From an uncultured Alphaproteobacteria bacterium (lineage in GTDB: Bacteria; Pseudomonadota; Alphaproteobacteria; RF32; CAG-239), in NCBI GenBank assembly GCA_944390915.1, contig CALXRS010000006.1, positions 3,013 to 67,012 on the forward strand: a DNA stretch of 64,000 nt, written 5' to 3'. Numbering within the stretch: the stretch's first letter is position 1; each line of letters begins with the position of its first letter. The notes beneath the pieces were generated by a model, which was given only the letters and a program-made list of their open reading frames with translations, had not been told where the DNA came from and made no database searches. Of the stretch, positions 1 through 11,326 are shown piece after piece. The translations under genes were made by a program, and so were the position numbers.

Positions 1-1473
1 CGCCTCGATGGTCCGATGTCCATTTATGAAGTGCATGCCGGTTCGTGGCGGCGCAAAGGCGAAAACGGCGATGAATATCTGACCTATCGCGAACTGGCCG
101 ACACGCTGGTGCCCTATGTGATGAATATGGGCTATACCCATGTCGAATTTTTGCCTCTGGCCGAACATCCGCTGGATGCTTCCTGGGGGTATCAGGTGGT
201 GGGCATGTTTGCCCCGACCAGCCGTTTCGGTACGCCGGATGATTTACGCTATCTGATAGACAGATTTCACCAGGCGGGCATCGGCGTCATCATGGACTGG
301 GTGCCGGCGCATTTTCCGAAAGACGGACACGGTCTGTGCGAGTTTGACGGCACGCATCTGTACGAACACGCCGATCCGCGCAAGGGCGAGCACAAAGACT
401 GGGGAACCAAAATTTATAACTACGGGCGCACGGAAGTGGCCAACTATCTCTGCGCCAACGCCCTCTACTGGCTGAAAGAATATCATATTGACGGGCTGCG
501 GGTAGATGCCGTGGCGTCCATGCTGTATCTTGATTATTCGCGCAACCCCGGGGAGTGGATTCCCAACATTTACGGCGGCAACGAAAATCTGGAGGCCATA
601 GCTTTTCTGCGGCGGATGAACGAACTTGTTTACGGCTTAAACAGCGGGGCCTGCACCTGCGCCGAGGAGTCGACGGCCTGGCCGATGGTTTCCCGCCCCA
701 CGTCGATGGGCGGTTTGGGTTTTGGCTACAAATGGAATATGGGGTGGATGAACGACACCTTGAAATATATCGGCAAGGATCCGATATACCGACAGTATCA
801 TCACGGCATGCTCACGTTCGGTCTGCTCTACGCCTTTAACGAAAACTTTATTTTGCCGATATCTCATGACGAAGTTGTCCATGGCAAGGGATCCATGCTT
901 CATAAAATGCCCGGCGACGAATGGCAGAAATTTGCCAACCTGCGCGCCTACTACGGTTTTATGTATACCCATCCGGGCAAAAAGCTGCTGTTTATGGGTT
1001 GCGAGTTCGGTCAGGACTGGGAATGGAACTATGACGAAAGCCTGCGCTGGCAGCTGCTGCAATATCCGATGTATAAGGGAATGCAAAACTGCGTGCGCGA
1101 CCTGAACCTGATGTATAAGGGCAACTCGCCGCTTTATGAAGTGGATTTTGACTACCGCGGGTTTGAATGGCTGGATCATGCCAACGCTGCCGACAGCGTT
1201 ATTTCGTACATCCGCAAGGGCAAAGAACCCGGCGATTATCTGATTGTTGTCTGCAACTTTACGCCGGTTGTGCGAAACGATTATCGTGTCGGCGTGCCGG
1301 AAGATTGCGGCTATCAGGAAATTTTTAACAGCGATGACAAAAACTACTGGGGCAGCGGGGTCAAAAACGACGGCGTACGCATGGCCGAGCGTCAGGATTG
1401 GAACGGCAAGCCCTATTCGATTAAACTGACGCTGCCGGCGTTGTCAACCGTTGTCATCAAGCCGGTGCGCTAG
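1..1473 (+). CDS. glgB: 1,4-alpha-glucan branching enzyme, C-terminal ~490 aa (5' end lies outside the window)
   Basis: The frame is open from nt 1. GH13 motifs [20 protein letters not shown] and [10 protein letters not shown] are present. [11 protein letters not shown] matches the mid-protein GlgB signature. Confidence 0.9.
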   Translation, partial: RLDGPMSIYEVHAGSWRRKGENGDEYLTYRELADTLVPYVMNMGYTHVEFLPLAEHPLDASWGYQVVGMFAPTSRFGTPDDLRYLIDRFHQAGIGVIMDWVPAHFPKDGHGLCEFDGTHLYEHADPRKGEHKDWGTKIYNYGRTEVANYLCANALYWLKEYHIDGLRVDAVASMLYLDYSRNPGEWIPNIYGGNENLEAIAFLRRMNELVYGLNSGACTCAEESTAWPMVSRPTSMGGLGFGYKWNMGWMNDTLKYIGKDPIYRQYHHGMLTFGLLYAFNENFILPISHDEVVHGKGSMLHKMPGDEWQKFANLRAYYGFMYTHPGKKLLFMGCEFGQDWEWNYDESLRWQLLQYPMYKGMQNCVRDLNLMYKGNSPLYEVDFDYRGFEWLDHANAADSVISYIRKGKEPGDYLIVVCNFTPVVRNDYRVGVPEDCGYQEIFNSDDKNYWGSGVKNDGVRMAERQDWNGKPYSIKLTLPALSTVVIKPVR

Positions 1474-1484
1474 GGGAAAAGACG

Positions 1485-3560
1485 ATGAATAACATTAAAA
1501 CACAATCGGGAAAACCCTATCCGCTCGGCTCGCATTATGACGGCAAGGGGGTAAATTTTTCGCTTTTTTCCGCCCATGCCGAAAAGGTGGAATTGTGTTT
1601 GTTTAACAAAAACGGCACCGAAGAAATTTCGCGCATCCTCATCGACGGCAACGACAACAATATCTGGCATGTTTATGTGCCGGGGATAAAACCCGGGCAG
1701 ATATACGGTTACCGCGTTTACGGCCCCTATCGTCCGGAAGAGGGGTATCGTTTCAACCACCACAAACTGTTGTTTGACCCCTATGGTCGCAAGCTTGCCG
1801 GCAGACTTATCGGCAACAAGGCGATATTCGGCTACAATCCGGACAGCCCCGACAAGGATTTGTCTTTTAACGATTTGGACAGCGCCCCTTACGTGCCGAA
1901 ATCGGTGGTGGTGGACGGCATTTTTGATTGGGAAGGCGAAGAGCGTCCGTCCTACGGTTTTAACGAAAGCATTATTTATGAAATGCATGTTCGCGGCTAC
2001 ACGCGTCTTCATCCGCAGGTTCCCGATCGTTGTCGGGGCAAGTTTTCGGGGTTGTGCGTGCCTGCGGTTATCGATTATCTGCGCGAACTGGGGATAACGG
2101 CGGTTGAGCTCTTGCCGGTTCATTCTTTTCTCGGCAACCGCCACAAAAAAGGTTTTTTCCGCAACAATTACTGGGGATACGAAACAGCCAGTTTTTTTGC
2201 TCCCGAACAATTGTATCTGCGCGGAGACGATATCGACGAATTCAAAAAGATGGTGAAATTTTTTCACCAAAACGGTCTGGAAGTTATTTTGGATGTGGTC
2301 TACAACCATACGGCGGAAGGCAACCAACTGGGACCCACGCTGTGCTATCGCGGCATAGACAATCTTTCGTACTACATGCTCAACGAGGAAAATAAGCGCT
2401 ATTATTACGACAGCACCGGTTGCGGCGCTTCGTTTAACGCCGAAAACCCGTATGTCTTGCAGCTGATAATGGATTCGTTGCGCTATTATGCGGAAGAAAT
2501 GCATGTCGACGGTTTTCGTTTTGATCTAGCGCCCACCCTGTGCCGGCGAAGAACGGGCTTTTCGGTGGAAAGCGGCTTTTTATACGCCATTCGTCAGGAT
2601 CCGGTATTAAAGAACGTTAAACTGATTGCCGAACCGTGGGACGTCGGCGACGGCGGTTATCAATTGGGAGCATTTCCGCCCGGATGGGGCGAATGGAACG
2701 ATCGCTATCGTGATGTTGTCCGCCGCTTTTGGAAAGGCGATCAGTATCAGACGGCGGAACTTGCCAGTCGCATTTCAGGTTCGAGCGATATTTTTAATTA
2801 TAACAACCGCGATATCTGGAGCAGCGTCAATTTTGTGACGGCGCACGACGGTTTTTGCTTAAACGATTTGGTCAGTTACAACAACAAGCACAATCTGGCC
2901 AACGGCGAAGACAACCGCGACGGAACCAATGCCAACTGGAGCTGGAATTCCGGCAAAGAGGGAGAAACCGAGGACGAAGAGGTTTTGACCAACCGGCGGC
3001 AACGCGCGCGGGCGATTATGTCTACGCTCTTATTGTCTTTCGGCACGCCCATGGTTGTGGCCGGAGACGAACTTTTGCATACGCAGCAGGGCAACAACAA
3101 TCCTTATTGTCAGGATAACGTATTGACCTGGCTGGCCTGGGAAGCCGTGGATAAAAACGAACGTGAATTTGCGGATTTCGTTCGCCGGCTGATAGATTTG
3201 CGCACACGTCTTGATGTGTTTGGAAAAAGGCATTTTTTCACCGGCAAACACGGCGAAGACGGCATTAAGGATTTGACCTGGTATACGGAGAACGGGCGCG
3301 AATTTACGGATGCCGACTGGTACGACGGCAATCGCAAGGCGCTTTCATATTGCGCCTACCGCGACAAACGATTCGTTTTGTGCATCATGAATGCCAATTC
3401 GTTTGCGTTGGACTGGAAGCTGCCGTTTTTGGGACGCGGCTTAAAATGGGAGTTGATGCTGGATTCGGGAGAGCGTTTTTCCACCGACAAAAAGATTTTT
3501 TCGGGGGTGCGGATTCCGGTTCCGGCATGGAGCGTTTTGTTGTTTGAAATTAAAAAGTAA
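1485..3560 (+). CDS. glgX: glycogen debranching enzyme (GlgX-type isoamylase, GH13)
   Basis: 691 aa. Motifs VILDVVYNHT, GFRFDLA, AEPWD and FVTAHDG are present. It follows glgB directly. Confidence 0.9.
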   Translation: MNNIKTQSGKPYPLGSHYDGKGVNFSLFSAHAEKVELCLFNKNGTEEISRILIDGNDNNIWHVYVPGIKPGQIYGYRVYGPYRPEEGYRFNHHKLLFDPYGRKLAGRLIGNKAIFGYNPDSPDKDLSFNDLDSAPYVPKSVVVDGIFDWEGEERPSYGFNESIIYEMHVRGYTRLHPQVPDRCRGKFSGLCVPAVIDYLRELGITAVELLPVHSFLGNRHKKGFFRNNYWGYETASFFAPEQLYLRGDDIDEFKKMVKFFHQNGLEVILDVVYNHTAEGNQLGPTLCYRGIDNLSYYMLNEENKRYYYDSTGCGASFNAENPYVLQLIMDSLRYYAEEMHVDGFRFDLAPTLCRRRTGFSVESGFLYAIRQDPVLKNVKLIAEPWDVGDGGYQLGAFPPGWGEWNDRYRDVVRRFWKGDQYQTAELASRISGSSDIFNYNNRDIWSSVNFVTAHDGFCLNDLVSYNNKHNLANGEDNRDGTNANWSWNSGKEGETEDEEVLTNRRQRARAIMSTLLLSFGTPMVVAGDELLHTQQGNNNPYCQDNVLTWLAWEAVDKNEREFADFVRRLIDLRTRLDVFGKRHFFTGKHGEDGIKDLTWYTENGREFTDADWYDGNRKALSYCAYRDKRFVLCIMNANSFALDWKLPFLGRGLKWELMLDSGERFSTDKKIFSGVRIPVPAWSVLLFEIKK

Positions 3561-3571
3561 AGGAGGCGGCC

Positions 3572-5719
3572 ATGGACGAAAAATTGCACGAACTCGCGGA
3601 CAAACTTGGAATTGCCGTCAGCTATGTTAATATCTGTCGGCCGGAGGAACGTCATCTGATTGATGACGAAACGGTGCGGTTTTTTGCCCGTGCACTCGGA
3701 TTTAAGGCCTCAACTCCCGAAGAGGTCGAAAAAACGCTGCGCGCGCTTGATAAACGCCGTTGGCAAAATACGCTGGAACCGGTATATGTTTTTGAACAAA
3801 AACAAAAATTTTTCGATGCCGTTTTGCCGGAAGCCGATTTGGACGGCGATTTTTCGCTGACGCTGACCAGCCGGCAGACGGGCGAAAAAAGGGAAGTTTC
3901 TTTTATCGTAACCGCATTGCCCGAAAGCCGCCTTATCGGCAAAAAGAAATATCATAAAGTATCGGTGGAAATTACTTCCGAACTGGAAATCGGTTATTAC
4001 GAGGCCGAGTTTTCAACGGCGTCGGGCTTGTGGCGGACGGTTCTTGCGGCGGCACCCGAAAAATGTTATATGCCCGAAATTTTAGAAAAAAAACGCCTAT
4101 GGGGATATAACATTCAGCTTTATTCTTTGCGCAGCCGCCGCAACTGGGGAGTGGGAGACTTTACCGACCTTTATAATTTTGTAGATATCTGCCGGCGTTC
4201 GGGCGCGGACGTTATCGGGCTGAACCCGCTTAACGTGCTGGGACACTGTTTTCCCGAAGAGGCCAGCCCGTATATGTCCATCAGCCGGCTGTTCCTCAAC
4301 CCGATTTATATCGACGTGGAAAGCGTGCCGGAGTTTGAGCCCGAAGACCGCTACCAGATAGAAGCGGAGATTGCCGACTTAAACGCTGCGGAAAAAATTG
4401 ATTACGGACGCGTCTATCCGCTCAAGGTAAAGGTGTTGCAAAAGCTCTATCGGCGGATGCGGGAAGACCCCGAACGGATGGAGGAATTTGCCGCTTTCTG
4501 CAAAGAAAAAGGCAAAAGTTTGCAAAATCTCGCCGCCTTTCAGGCGCTTTATGAAGACAACTGGCGCGATCATTGGGGCGGTTGGCGCGCTTGGGAAAAA
4601 GAATTTCGTTCCCCTAATTCGGCCACGGTCAAAAAATATTGTAAAGAACAGGCCGAACGACTGGACTTTTTTAAGTTTTTGCAATTTGAGGCCGAGCGCC
4701 AGCTGCAGCGGGTTTTTAAGCATGTGCGCGAAGCCGGGTTGCAAATAGGCATTTATCGCGATTTGCCGGTCGGCGTCGGCCGCGACAGCGCGGAAGTTTG
4801 GAGCGACGAAAATTTGTTTTTGCGCGACAGCGGGGCAGGGGCGCCGCCGGACGCTTTTTTCCCGACCGGACAAAAGTGGAATTTGGGCGCCTTTAATCCT
4901 TTTGAGCTCAAAGCCCGCGCCTACGAACCCTTTATCCGGATGATCCGTGCGGCTGCCGAAGATGCCGGCGCTTTGCGGTTGGATCATGTTATGAGCCTGA
5001 CGCGCCTGTTTGTCATTCCCGAGGCGGCGGACAAAGAGGGCACCTATCTGCTGTACAATTTTGAAGACATGCTGAATATCGTAGCGATAGAAAGCCACTT
5101 GAACCGCTGCCTGATTGTCGGCGAAAGCATCGGCAATGTGCCGGAGGGATTTTTGGACAAGATTGCCGCCAAAAATATTATGTCGATGAGCGTGTTGTGG
5201 AATGAACGCTGGGATATGGGATGGGGCGATTTCAAGGCGCCTTCCTGGTATCCGGAAAATTCGGCGGCTTCAATCGGCACCCACGACATGCCGCCGCTCA
5301 AGATGTGGTGGTTCGGTTATGATATTGCGCTTTCCCGACAGTTGGGAATTATTGCTTCCGAAGAAGAAATGTATAACAATTATCACAAACGCGAAGCCGA
5401 TCGCTGGAAGCTGCTGAAAGTGCTGGACGAAAATCAGGTTTGGCCGGAAGATAACCGCCGCCGCGCCGACTATCTTTTCGGCGAAGGATATCCGGAAGGG
5501 TTGGAAGAAGCCGTTCATCGATTTCTTGCCAAAAGCAACGCCAAAATCTTTTTGGTGCAGCCGGAAGATATTTTTCAGGTAGACAGGCAACAGAACGTGC
5601 CCGGCACGGACAGAGACAAATATCCGAATTGGCGGTTGAAGCTGCCGGTTAATCTGGAAGATACGGAAAATACACTGGCATATTATCGCAACATTGCGGC
5701 CGTCAAAAAAGAACGCTGA
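3572..5719 (+). CDS. malQ: 4-alpha-glucanotransferase (amylomaltase, GH77) with an N-terminal extension
   Basis: 715 aa with an AGGAGG RBS. Motifs WGVGDFTDL, GIYRDLPVGV and IGTHDMPP are present. It is third in the glycogen cluster. Confidence 0.85.
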   Translation: MDEKLHELADKLGIAVSYVNICRPEERHLIDDETVRFFARALGFKASTPEEVEKTLRALDKRRWQNTLEPVYVFEQKQKFFDAVLPEADLDGDFSLTLTSRQTGEKREVSFIVTALPESRLIGKKKYHKVSVEITSELEIGYYEAEFSTASGLWRTVLAAAPEKCYMPEILEKKRLWGYNIQLYSLRSRRNWGVGDFTDLYNFVDICRRSGADVIGLNPLNVLGHCFPEEASPYMSISRLFLNPIYIDVESVPEFEPEDRYQIEAEIADLNAAEKIDYGRVYPLKVKVLQKLYRRMREDPERMEEFAAFCKEKGKSLQNLAAFQALYEDNWRDHWGGWRAWEKEFRSPNSATVKKYCKEQAERLDFFKFLQFEAERQLQRVFKHVREAGLQIGIYRDLPVGVGRDSAEVWSDENLFLRDSGAGAPPDAFFPTGQKWNLGAFNPFELKARAYEPFIRMIRAAAEDAGALRLDHVMSLTRLFVIPEAADKEGTYLLYNFEDMLNIVAIESHLNRCLIVGESIGNVPEGFLDKIAAKNIMSMSVLWNERWDMGWGDFKAPSWYPENSAASIGTHDMPPLKMWWFGYDIALSRQLGIIASEEEMYNNYHKREADRWKLLKVLDENQVWPEDNRRRADYLFGEGYPEGLEEAVHRFLAKSNAKIFLVQPEDIFQVDRQQNVPGTDRDKYPNWRLKLPVNLEDTENTLAYYRNIAAVKKER

Positions 5720-5832
5720 CGGCAACCGATGACGCCCGTCCGACAACGGCAGTCGACCGGCCGTCTCGCAAAGTTTTTCCGGTTTTGCCTGTCTTGAGTT
5801 TTTTTTAGGGCTGTAAGTCGGCCGCCGCCGAT

Positions 5833-6288
5833 TTATTCTTTTTGCAACCAGGCGCCGTTTTCGTTTTGCTGCCAGTAATGCAGTTCGTCCTCTCGCTGCT
5901 TCAGGCTTTTCCACAAACGCCGCGCGCGGGTTAGGCTTTCTTCGTCGTTGCCGTCGAAGATATTGAATATGCGTTCAAAGTTTGCCGTTTTTTCGAGGAC
6001 GATCTCCGCGCCGTCTGCCAGAAACAAAAAAGCCGCGCCGTTGGGTACATCGTCATCGGCCGTCAGCCAAACGGGCTGCATCTCCGCAAAGCCGTCCTTT
6101 TTGCTGCCGTGCGGCAAAAAAGAAGTGTCGTTATATGTCCACAAAAGCGAGTTTAAGAATTCCACTCTTTCTTCGTTGCCTATTTTAACGACGATTTTTT
6201 TTCCCGTTGCGTAAGCTTTTTCCAAAAGCTTTGGCAACACGTCCTCCAATTTTTGCCTTTGCAAATGATAAAAGTCGATCCGGCTCAT
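5833..6288 (-). CDS. holC: DNA polymerase III chi subunit
   Basis: 151 aa. The N-terminus MSRIDFYHL and the size are typical of chi. The start overlaps the degP stop by 4 nt. Confidence 0.7.
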   Translation of the reverse strand: MSRIDFYHLQRQKLEDVLPKLLEKAYATGKKIVVKIGNEERVEFLNSLLWTYNDTSFLPHGSKKDGFAEMQPVWLTADDDVPNGAAFLFLADGAEIVLEKTANFERIFNIFDGNDEESLTRARRLWKSLKQREDELHYWQQNENGAWLQKE

Positions 6289-7664
6289 GGTTCAATCTCT
6301 ATTTCAATTTCGTTGATTTCGTCCTGAGCGTCGTTTTGCACCAGCAGATGCAGGTTGTTTCCGTTTTTGCGGGATTCCTCAATATGCTCCAGAGCCGTGT
6401 TGAGGGTTACGCAATCTTTGACATTCATTTTGATGATGATGTCGCCGCGTTTAATGCCTTTGCGGTCGGCGTCGCTGCCGAAGCGCACGCCTTTAACCAG
6501 CAGCCCCATGGTTGTCGGCGTCAGATTCATGTTGTTGATAATGTCGGGCGTAATTTCCGCAAGCAGCATTCCGGATGCCTGCAGGATTCTTCCTTCGGGC
6601 GATTCGGGGTCAATTTCTTCTTTGGCGGCAGCAGCAGGGGACTTCGGCATGTTTTCGACTTTTACCGCAACGGTTTCTATTTCCTGATTTCGCCAGATAA
6701 TCAGCCGCACTTCGTTACCGGCCGGCGTTTCCGCAATCAGGCGGGAAAAATCGGTGCAAGTGTTGATTTCGTGTTCTTCCAGACTGATAATGACGTCACC
6801 GGGCAAAAGCCCCGCGCGGGCAGCGGGTCCGTTTTCGGTAATGCCGGAAACAATGATTCCCTGAGCGTCTTTCAAGTTCAAATTGCGGGCAATTTCTTTC
6901 GAATTCGGACGAACGCGGATACCTATCCACCCGCGTTTGACTTCGCCGTTTTCTTCGAGCTGTTTGGCAATCCAGGCGACGGTGTTGGCGGGAATGGCAA
7001 AGCCGACGCCGCTGCTGTTTCCGGAATCTGAAAACAGAGCGGAATTGATGCCGATAACTTCTCCTTTGAGGTTAAACATCGGCCCGCCGGAGCTGCCCTG
7101 GTTAATGGCGGCGTCCGTCTGAATAAAATTATCATACGGGCCGGAGGCAATGTCCCGCGATTTTGCGGAAACAATACCCGCGCTGACGCTGCCGCCCAAC
7201 CCGAAGGGATTGCCGATGGCAAGCACCCAGTCGCCCACCCTAATGGCATCCGAGTCGCCGAAAGTGACTTTATCGAGCTCAAACGGCGGCTCGATTTTGA
7301 TGAGGGCGATGTCGGTCGTTTCGTCGCCGCCGATAATGTCTGCTTCCGCTTCGGTGTTGTCAAACAAAAGCACGTTTATGACTTCGGCATTTTCAATAAC
7401 GTGATAGTTGGTAATGATAAACCCTTCTTCGCTGATGATAAAGCCGGAACCGAGAGCCGTTCTTCCCTCCAGCGGATCGTAATAACCGCCGTCGCCCGCG
7501 GGGATATTTATCTGATCGGGCTGTTGTACGGTGGAAATATTAACCACGGTGGGAATGAGTCTTTCGGCCAAATCGGCAAAGGAGGGAATACTCACTTGCG
7601 CTTTGGCCGGTACGGCGGCAAATGCCCACAGCCACGATATCAGGAGAAAGCGTACCAAAGTCAT
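6285..7664 (-). CDS. degP: periplasmic serine endoprotease, DegP/HtrA family (trypsin domain plus PDZ domains)
   Basis: 459 aa with a signal peptide. The catalytic triad context is TNYHVIEN, TDIALIKI and GSSGGPMF. It lies downstream of hflKC. Confidence 0.85.
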   Translation of the reverse strand: MTLVRFLLISWLWAFAAVPAKAQVSIPSFADLAERLIPTVVNISTVQQPDQINIPAGDGGYYDPLEGRTALGSGFIISEEGFIITNYHVIENAEVINVLLFDNTEAEADIIGGDETTDIALIKIEPPFELDKVTFGDSDAIRVGDWVLAIGNPFGLGGSVSAGIVSAKSRDIASGPYDNFIQTDAAINQGSSGGPMFNLKGEVIGINSALFSDSGNSSGVGFAIPANTVAWIAKQLEENGEVKRGWIGIRVRPNSKEIARNLNLKDAQGIIVSGITENGPAARAGLLPGDVIISLEEHEINTCTDFSRLIAETPAGNEVRLIIWRNQEIETVAVKVENMPKSPAAAAKEEIDPESPEGRILQASGMLLAEITPDIINNMNLTPTTMGLLVKGVRFGSDADRKGIKRGDIIIKMNVKDCVTLNTALEHIEESRKNGNNLHLLVQNDAQDEINEIEIEIEP

Positions 7665-7668
7665 AACA

Positions 7669-8535
7669 TTATCTCATAGAATTGCCAAAGAATTTGAAAA
7701 ATTCGCTTTCGGGCGAAAGCACCAATGATGTGTTGCCGTCGACGAAAGCGTTGTTGTAGGCCATAAGCGAACGGTAAAAAGCGAAAAATTCCTTGTCTTG
7801 TCCGGCAGCCTCGTTCCAAATTTTTATGGCCTGTTCGTCACCCAAGCCGCGGATAATCTGCGCCTGTTTTTCGGCATCGGCAAGGATGATGGTTTTTTCC
7901 TTATCGGCGCCGGCGCGGATTTTTTGCGCTTCCTGCGAACCTTCCGCGCGGAACTCTTTGGCCTCGCGCTCGCGTTCGGTTTTCATGCGGGCATTGATGG
8001 CCTGCAACACCTCAACCGGCAGATCGGCCCGGCGGATACGCACGTCGGCCACGCTGACCCCGATTTGTCCGGCGTCGTGCTTCACCGCGGCGCTGATGTC
8101 GTTCATAATCTGAGTGCGTTTTTCCGACAACAGTTCCTGTAAGGTGCTGCGGCCGAGCACTTTGCGCAGTGACGAATTGACGATTTCCGCCAGTTTGCTC
8201 TGCGCCTGATATTCATTGCGCACGGTTTGATAAAACTTCAGCGGGTCAATAATCCGATAGCGGGTAAAGCTGTCGACATCCAGACGTTTTTTGTCGTTTA
8301 AGACCACTTCCTGCGCCGGCGGGTCAAGGTTGAGCAGTCTGGCATCGTAAACGACGACGTTTTGAATCATCGGCATTTTCAGTTTCAGCCCCGGTTCTTT
8401 AACCACCCGCACGGGACGGCCGAATTGCAGCACGAGAGCCTGCTCGCCTTCGTTGACCGTATAAATGCTGCCCGCAGCCAGAATAACGACAACGGCAACG
8501 GCTGCCAGCAATACATATTGAATTTTGTTCATCAT
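7669..8535 (-). CDS. hflC: protease modulator HflC (SPFH/band-7)
   Basis: 288 aa with an N-terminal TM helix and a band-7 domain. It is adjacent to hflK. Confidence 0.9.
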   Translation of the reverse strand: MMNKIQYVLLAAVAVVVILAAGSIYTVNEGEQALVLQFGRPVRVVKEPGLKLKMPMIQNVVVYDARLLNLDPPAQEVVLNDKKRLDVDSFTRYRIIDPLKFYQTVRNEYQAQSKLAEIVNSSLRKVLGRSTLQELLSEKRTQIMNDISAAVKHDAGQIGVSVADVRIRRADLPVEVLQAINARMKTEREREAKEFRAEGSQEAQKIRAGADKEKTIILADAEKQAQIIRGLGDEQAIKIWNEAAGQDKEFFAFYRSLMAYNNAFVDGNTSLVLSPESEFFKFFGNSMR

Positions 8536-8547
8536 CGTTGCGGCTCC

Positions 8548-9585
8548 TTATTTCAAACTGTTAAGCGGAAGATAGGGGACGACGCCGGCACCTTTTGACG
8601 AAGGGTCGATAATGACTTTATCTGCGTTTCGCATCACTTTTTCCATTGTTTCCAGATAAAGCCGTTTGGCGGTTACTTCCTTGCCCTGTTTATAGGCCTG
8701 ATAAACCGAGTTAAAGCGTTCGGCTTCGCCTTTTGCCTTGTTGACCACGGCTTCCTTGTAAGCTTCCGCGCTTTGCAGAATTTGCGAGGCCTGACCGCGG
8801 GCGTTGGGCACAACTTCGTTGCGGTAGGCTTCGGCCTCGTTCTTGTATCTTTCCATATCGGCTTTGGCGCGCTGCACTTCGTTAAAGGCGTCGACCACCT
8901 GTTTCGGCGGGTCTGCCTTTTGCAGTTTGACGCGGACGATCTCAATGCCGGAATTGAAGTCGTCGAGCACCGTTTGCAGTTCCGTCTTGGTATCTTCTTC
9001 CACCTTACCGCGGTCGCCGGAGATGATGGGCATCATTTTCGACTGGCCGACGATTTCGCGTAAAACGGACTGGGCGGCGACGTGCACTGTCTGATCGGGG
9101 CTGCGCATGCTGAACAGATAATCTTTTGCGTCTTTGATCCGCCAGACGACGGTCAGATTGATGTCAACGATATTTTCGTCGCCCGTCAGCATGTGGCTTT
9201 CGGTAAAAGCCCGGACGGCCGAGGTTCCGCGGCTGCCTTCGTTAACGCCGAGGTTGATGCTTCGTTCCTGAGTCATGCTCACCTTGGTTACGCTTTCAAT
9301 CGGAAAAGGCAGGTGATAATGCAGCCCGGGGCCTGTGCTTTCCACATATTTTCCGAACCGCAGCACCACTCCCTGTTCGTTGGTCTGCACCTGATAAAAG
9401 CCGGAAGCCAGCCACAGGGCGGCAACCGCGGCAATGGCAAATTTGCCGCCGCCGGCGGGCAACAGTCCGTTCCCGTCGTTTTTGCCGCGGGTTGTGCGTT
9501 TGAATCTGACAACCTTGTCGGCGGACGTTTCTTTCTGCCGGGGAGTTTCCGTATCGTCGTCCCACGGGTTTATGTTTTCAGCCAT
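8548..9585 (-). CDS. hflK: protease modulator HflK (SPFH/band-7)
   Basis: Band-7 protein. I prefer the ATG at 9585 (MAENINPW) because AAGAGG lies ~10 nt upstream. The longest ORF extends to 9627. Confidence 0.85.
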   Translation of the reverse strand: MAENINPWDDDTETPRQKETSADKVVRFKRTTRGKNDGNGLLPAGGGKFAIAAVAALWLASGFYQVQTNEQGVVLRFGKYVESTGPGLHYHLPFPIESVTKVSMTQERSINLGVNEGSRGTSAVRAFTESHMLTGDENIVDINLTVVWRIKDAKDYLFSMRSPDQTVHVAAQSVLREIVGQSKMMPIISGDRGKVEEDTKTELQTVLDDFNSGIEIVRVKLQKADPPKQVVDAFNEVQRAKADMERYKNEAEAYRNEVVPNARGQASQILQSAEAYKEAVVNKAKGEAERFNSVYQAYKQGKEVTAKRLYLETMEKVMRNADKVIIDPSSKGAGVVPYLPLNSLK

Positions 9586-9689
9586 ATTCGATGTACCTCT
9601 TTGTTTATTGTGTTGCATTAAGCGCAATATATATGTAAATTGGCTTTAATACAATTGCTGTTAAAACATATCAACAGGAGAGCGGTAAA

Positions 9690-10697
9690 GTGTCAACGGA
9701 AGAAAGCATGTTGCGGGCGGTTGCCGAAAAATATTTTCGGCCGGAGCAGATAGAAAGCGTAAAGGTTTTTAATCGACGGGTCATCGTTACGTTGGTCGAT
9801 GTCCCCGAAAACGAAGAAAAAGCGGAACTGCTGAAAGAGGAATTGTTAAAACTGACGGCTGCGGACAAAGCGGTTGTCGTTTATACGTCGGCTCGTCGCA
9901 ATGAGGCGGATACACGCTGGCAAATTTCCGGAGTAAAAAAGATATTTGCCGTGGCCTCCGGCAAGGGCGGGGTCGGCAAGTCGACGACGGCGGTTAATCT
10001 GGCGGCGGCGCTGAATGCGCTCGGAGCCAAAACGGCATTGTTCGACGCCGACATATACGGTCCTTCGGTGCCGACCATGCTTGGTTTTGAAAACGTATCG
10101 CCGATTTCCTACGACGGTCGAACTTTCGAACCGTTTGAAGTTCAGGGGCTAAAGGCCATGTCCGTCGGCAGTTTGATCGGCCGCGATACGCCGCTTATCT
10201 GGCGGGGGCCGAAAGCCTGCGGCGCCCTGCAGCAACTTTTGACGGAAGTCAACTGGGGCGATGTCGACGTAATGGTGATTGATATGCCGCCCGGTACCGG
10301 CGATATCCAGATTACGCTTTCCCAGCAGGTGAAAATCGACGGGGCGGTGATTGTATCCACACCGCAGGACGTTGCTCTCATCGATGCGGTCAAGGGCATC
10401 AACATGTTCCGCAAGGTTGATGTGCCGGTGTTGGGAATTGTCGAAAATATGAGCTATTATCTGTGTCCTCAATGCGGTCATAAAGAGTTTGTTTTCGGCG
10501 AGCACGGCGCGCGGGAAACGGCGGAGCGTATGGGCGAGCCGTTCCTTGGCGAAATTCCGCTGAATATTCGAATCCGCCGCTGCGGAGATGCCGGCCAGCC
10601 GATCGCCGTCGCCGAGCCGAACGGCCCGTTTGCCGAAGCTTATCTACAGATTGCCCAAAAAATTGCCGCCGCGCTGCAAATCAACCTCCGGCACTGA
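9690..10697 (+). CDS. apbC: Mrp/ApbC-type Fe-S cluster carrier ATPase
   Basis: 335 aa with a GTG start after AGGAG. It has the deviant Walker A ASGKGGVGKSTT and a CPQCGH motif. Confidence 0.85.
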   Translation: MSTEESMLRAVAEKYFRPEQIESVKVFNRRVIVTLVDVPENEEKAELLKEELLKLTAADKAVVVYTSARRNEADTRWQISGVKKIFAVASGKGGVGKSTTAVNLAAALNALGAKTALFDADIYGPSVPTMLGFENVSPISYDGRTFEPFEVQGLKAMSVGSLIGRDTPLIWRGPKACGALQQLLTEVNWGDVDVMVIDMPPGTGDIQITLSQQVKIDGAVIVSTPQDVALIDAVKGINMFRKVDVPVLGIVENMSYYLCPQCGHKEFVFGEHGARETAERMGEPFLGEIPLNIRIRRCGDAGQPIAVAEPNGPFAEAYLQIAQKIAAALQINLRH

Positions 10698-10763
10698 CAA
10701 AACATGCCGTCAACCGGCTTTTGCCGCCGGGTCGCAATCAACCTTTATCGTTTAAGGAAAAAG

Positions 10764-11216
10764 CTATCTTCTTCGTCCGGCTAGTTTGACAAGGGCGGTT
10801 TTCAGGAGAACGGCAATTTCTTTGTGTCGACTGTTGATATAGGCGTTTACCAGCTCCAACACATCGGGGCTTCGGGTAACGTCTTCCTGCGGACTGTAAC
10901 GGCAGACCGCCTCGGGGTCGGCCAACAGGCGCTCGCCCTCATCGACGGTTTGCGGATCCATGTTGGAAAAAAAATAATCAACCGGAACCTGCAACACCCT
11001 GCTGATTATCCACAGCCTGCTGCCGGAAACGCGGTTGCCGCCTTTTTCGTATTTTTGAATTTGTTGGAAAGTAAGTTTTAGCTGACGAGCCAAATCTTCT
11101 TGCGACATATGCAACAGCTTTCGCCGTTGACATATCCGCCGGCCGATATGTACGTCTATCGGGTTGGGACGATCGTCTTCCGTGCGGCCGCGCGCCCGTT
11201 TTTTGATACTGATCAT
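10764..11216 (-). CDS. XRE-family helix-turn-helix transcriptional regulator
   Basis: 150 aa. The HTH segment is MSQEDLARQLKLTFQQIQKYEKGGNR. Confidence 0.75.
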   Translation of the reverse strand: MISIKKRARGRTEDDRPNPIDVHIGRRICQRRKLLHMSQEDLARQLKLTFQQIQKYEKGGNRVSGSRLWIISRVLQVPVDYFFSNMDPQTVDEGERLLADPEAVCRYSPQEDVTRSPDVLELVNAYINSRHKEIAVLLKTALVKLAGRRR

Positions 11217-11326
11217 AATAAAATGTTCTCCTTCTTACGGATTATCCGTTATCCGCCATAAACAAAAGGACAGGGATTATTTTGCCGTTGTGACCCGTTG
11301 TTTTGTCTCAAGGCGGTCAGGGAGTT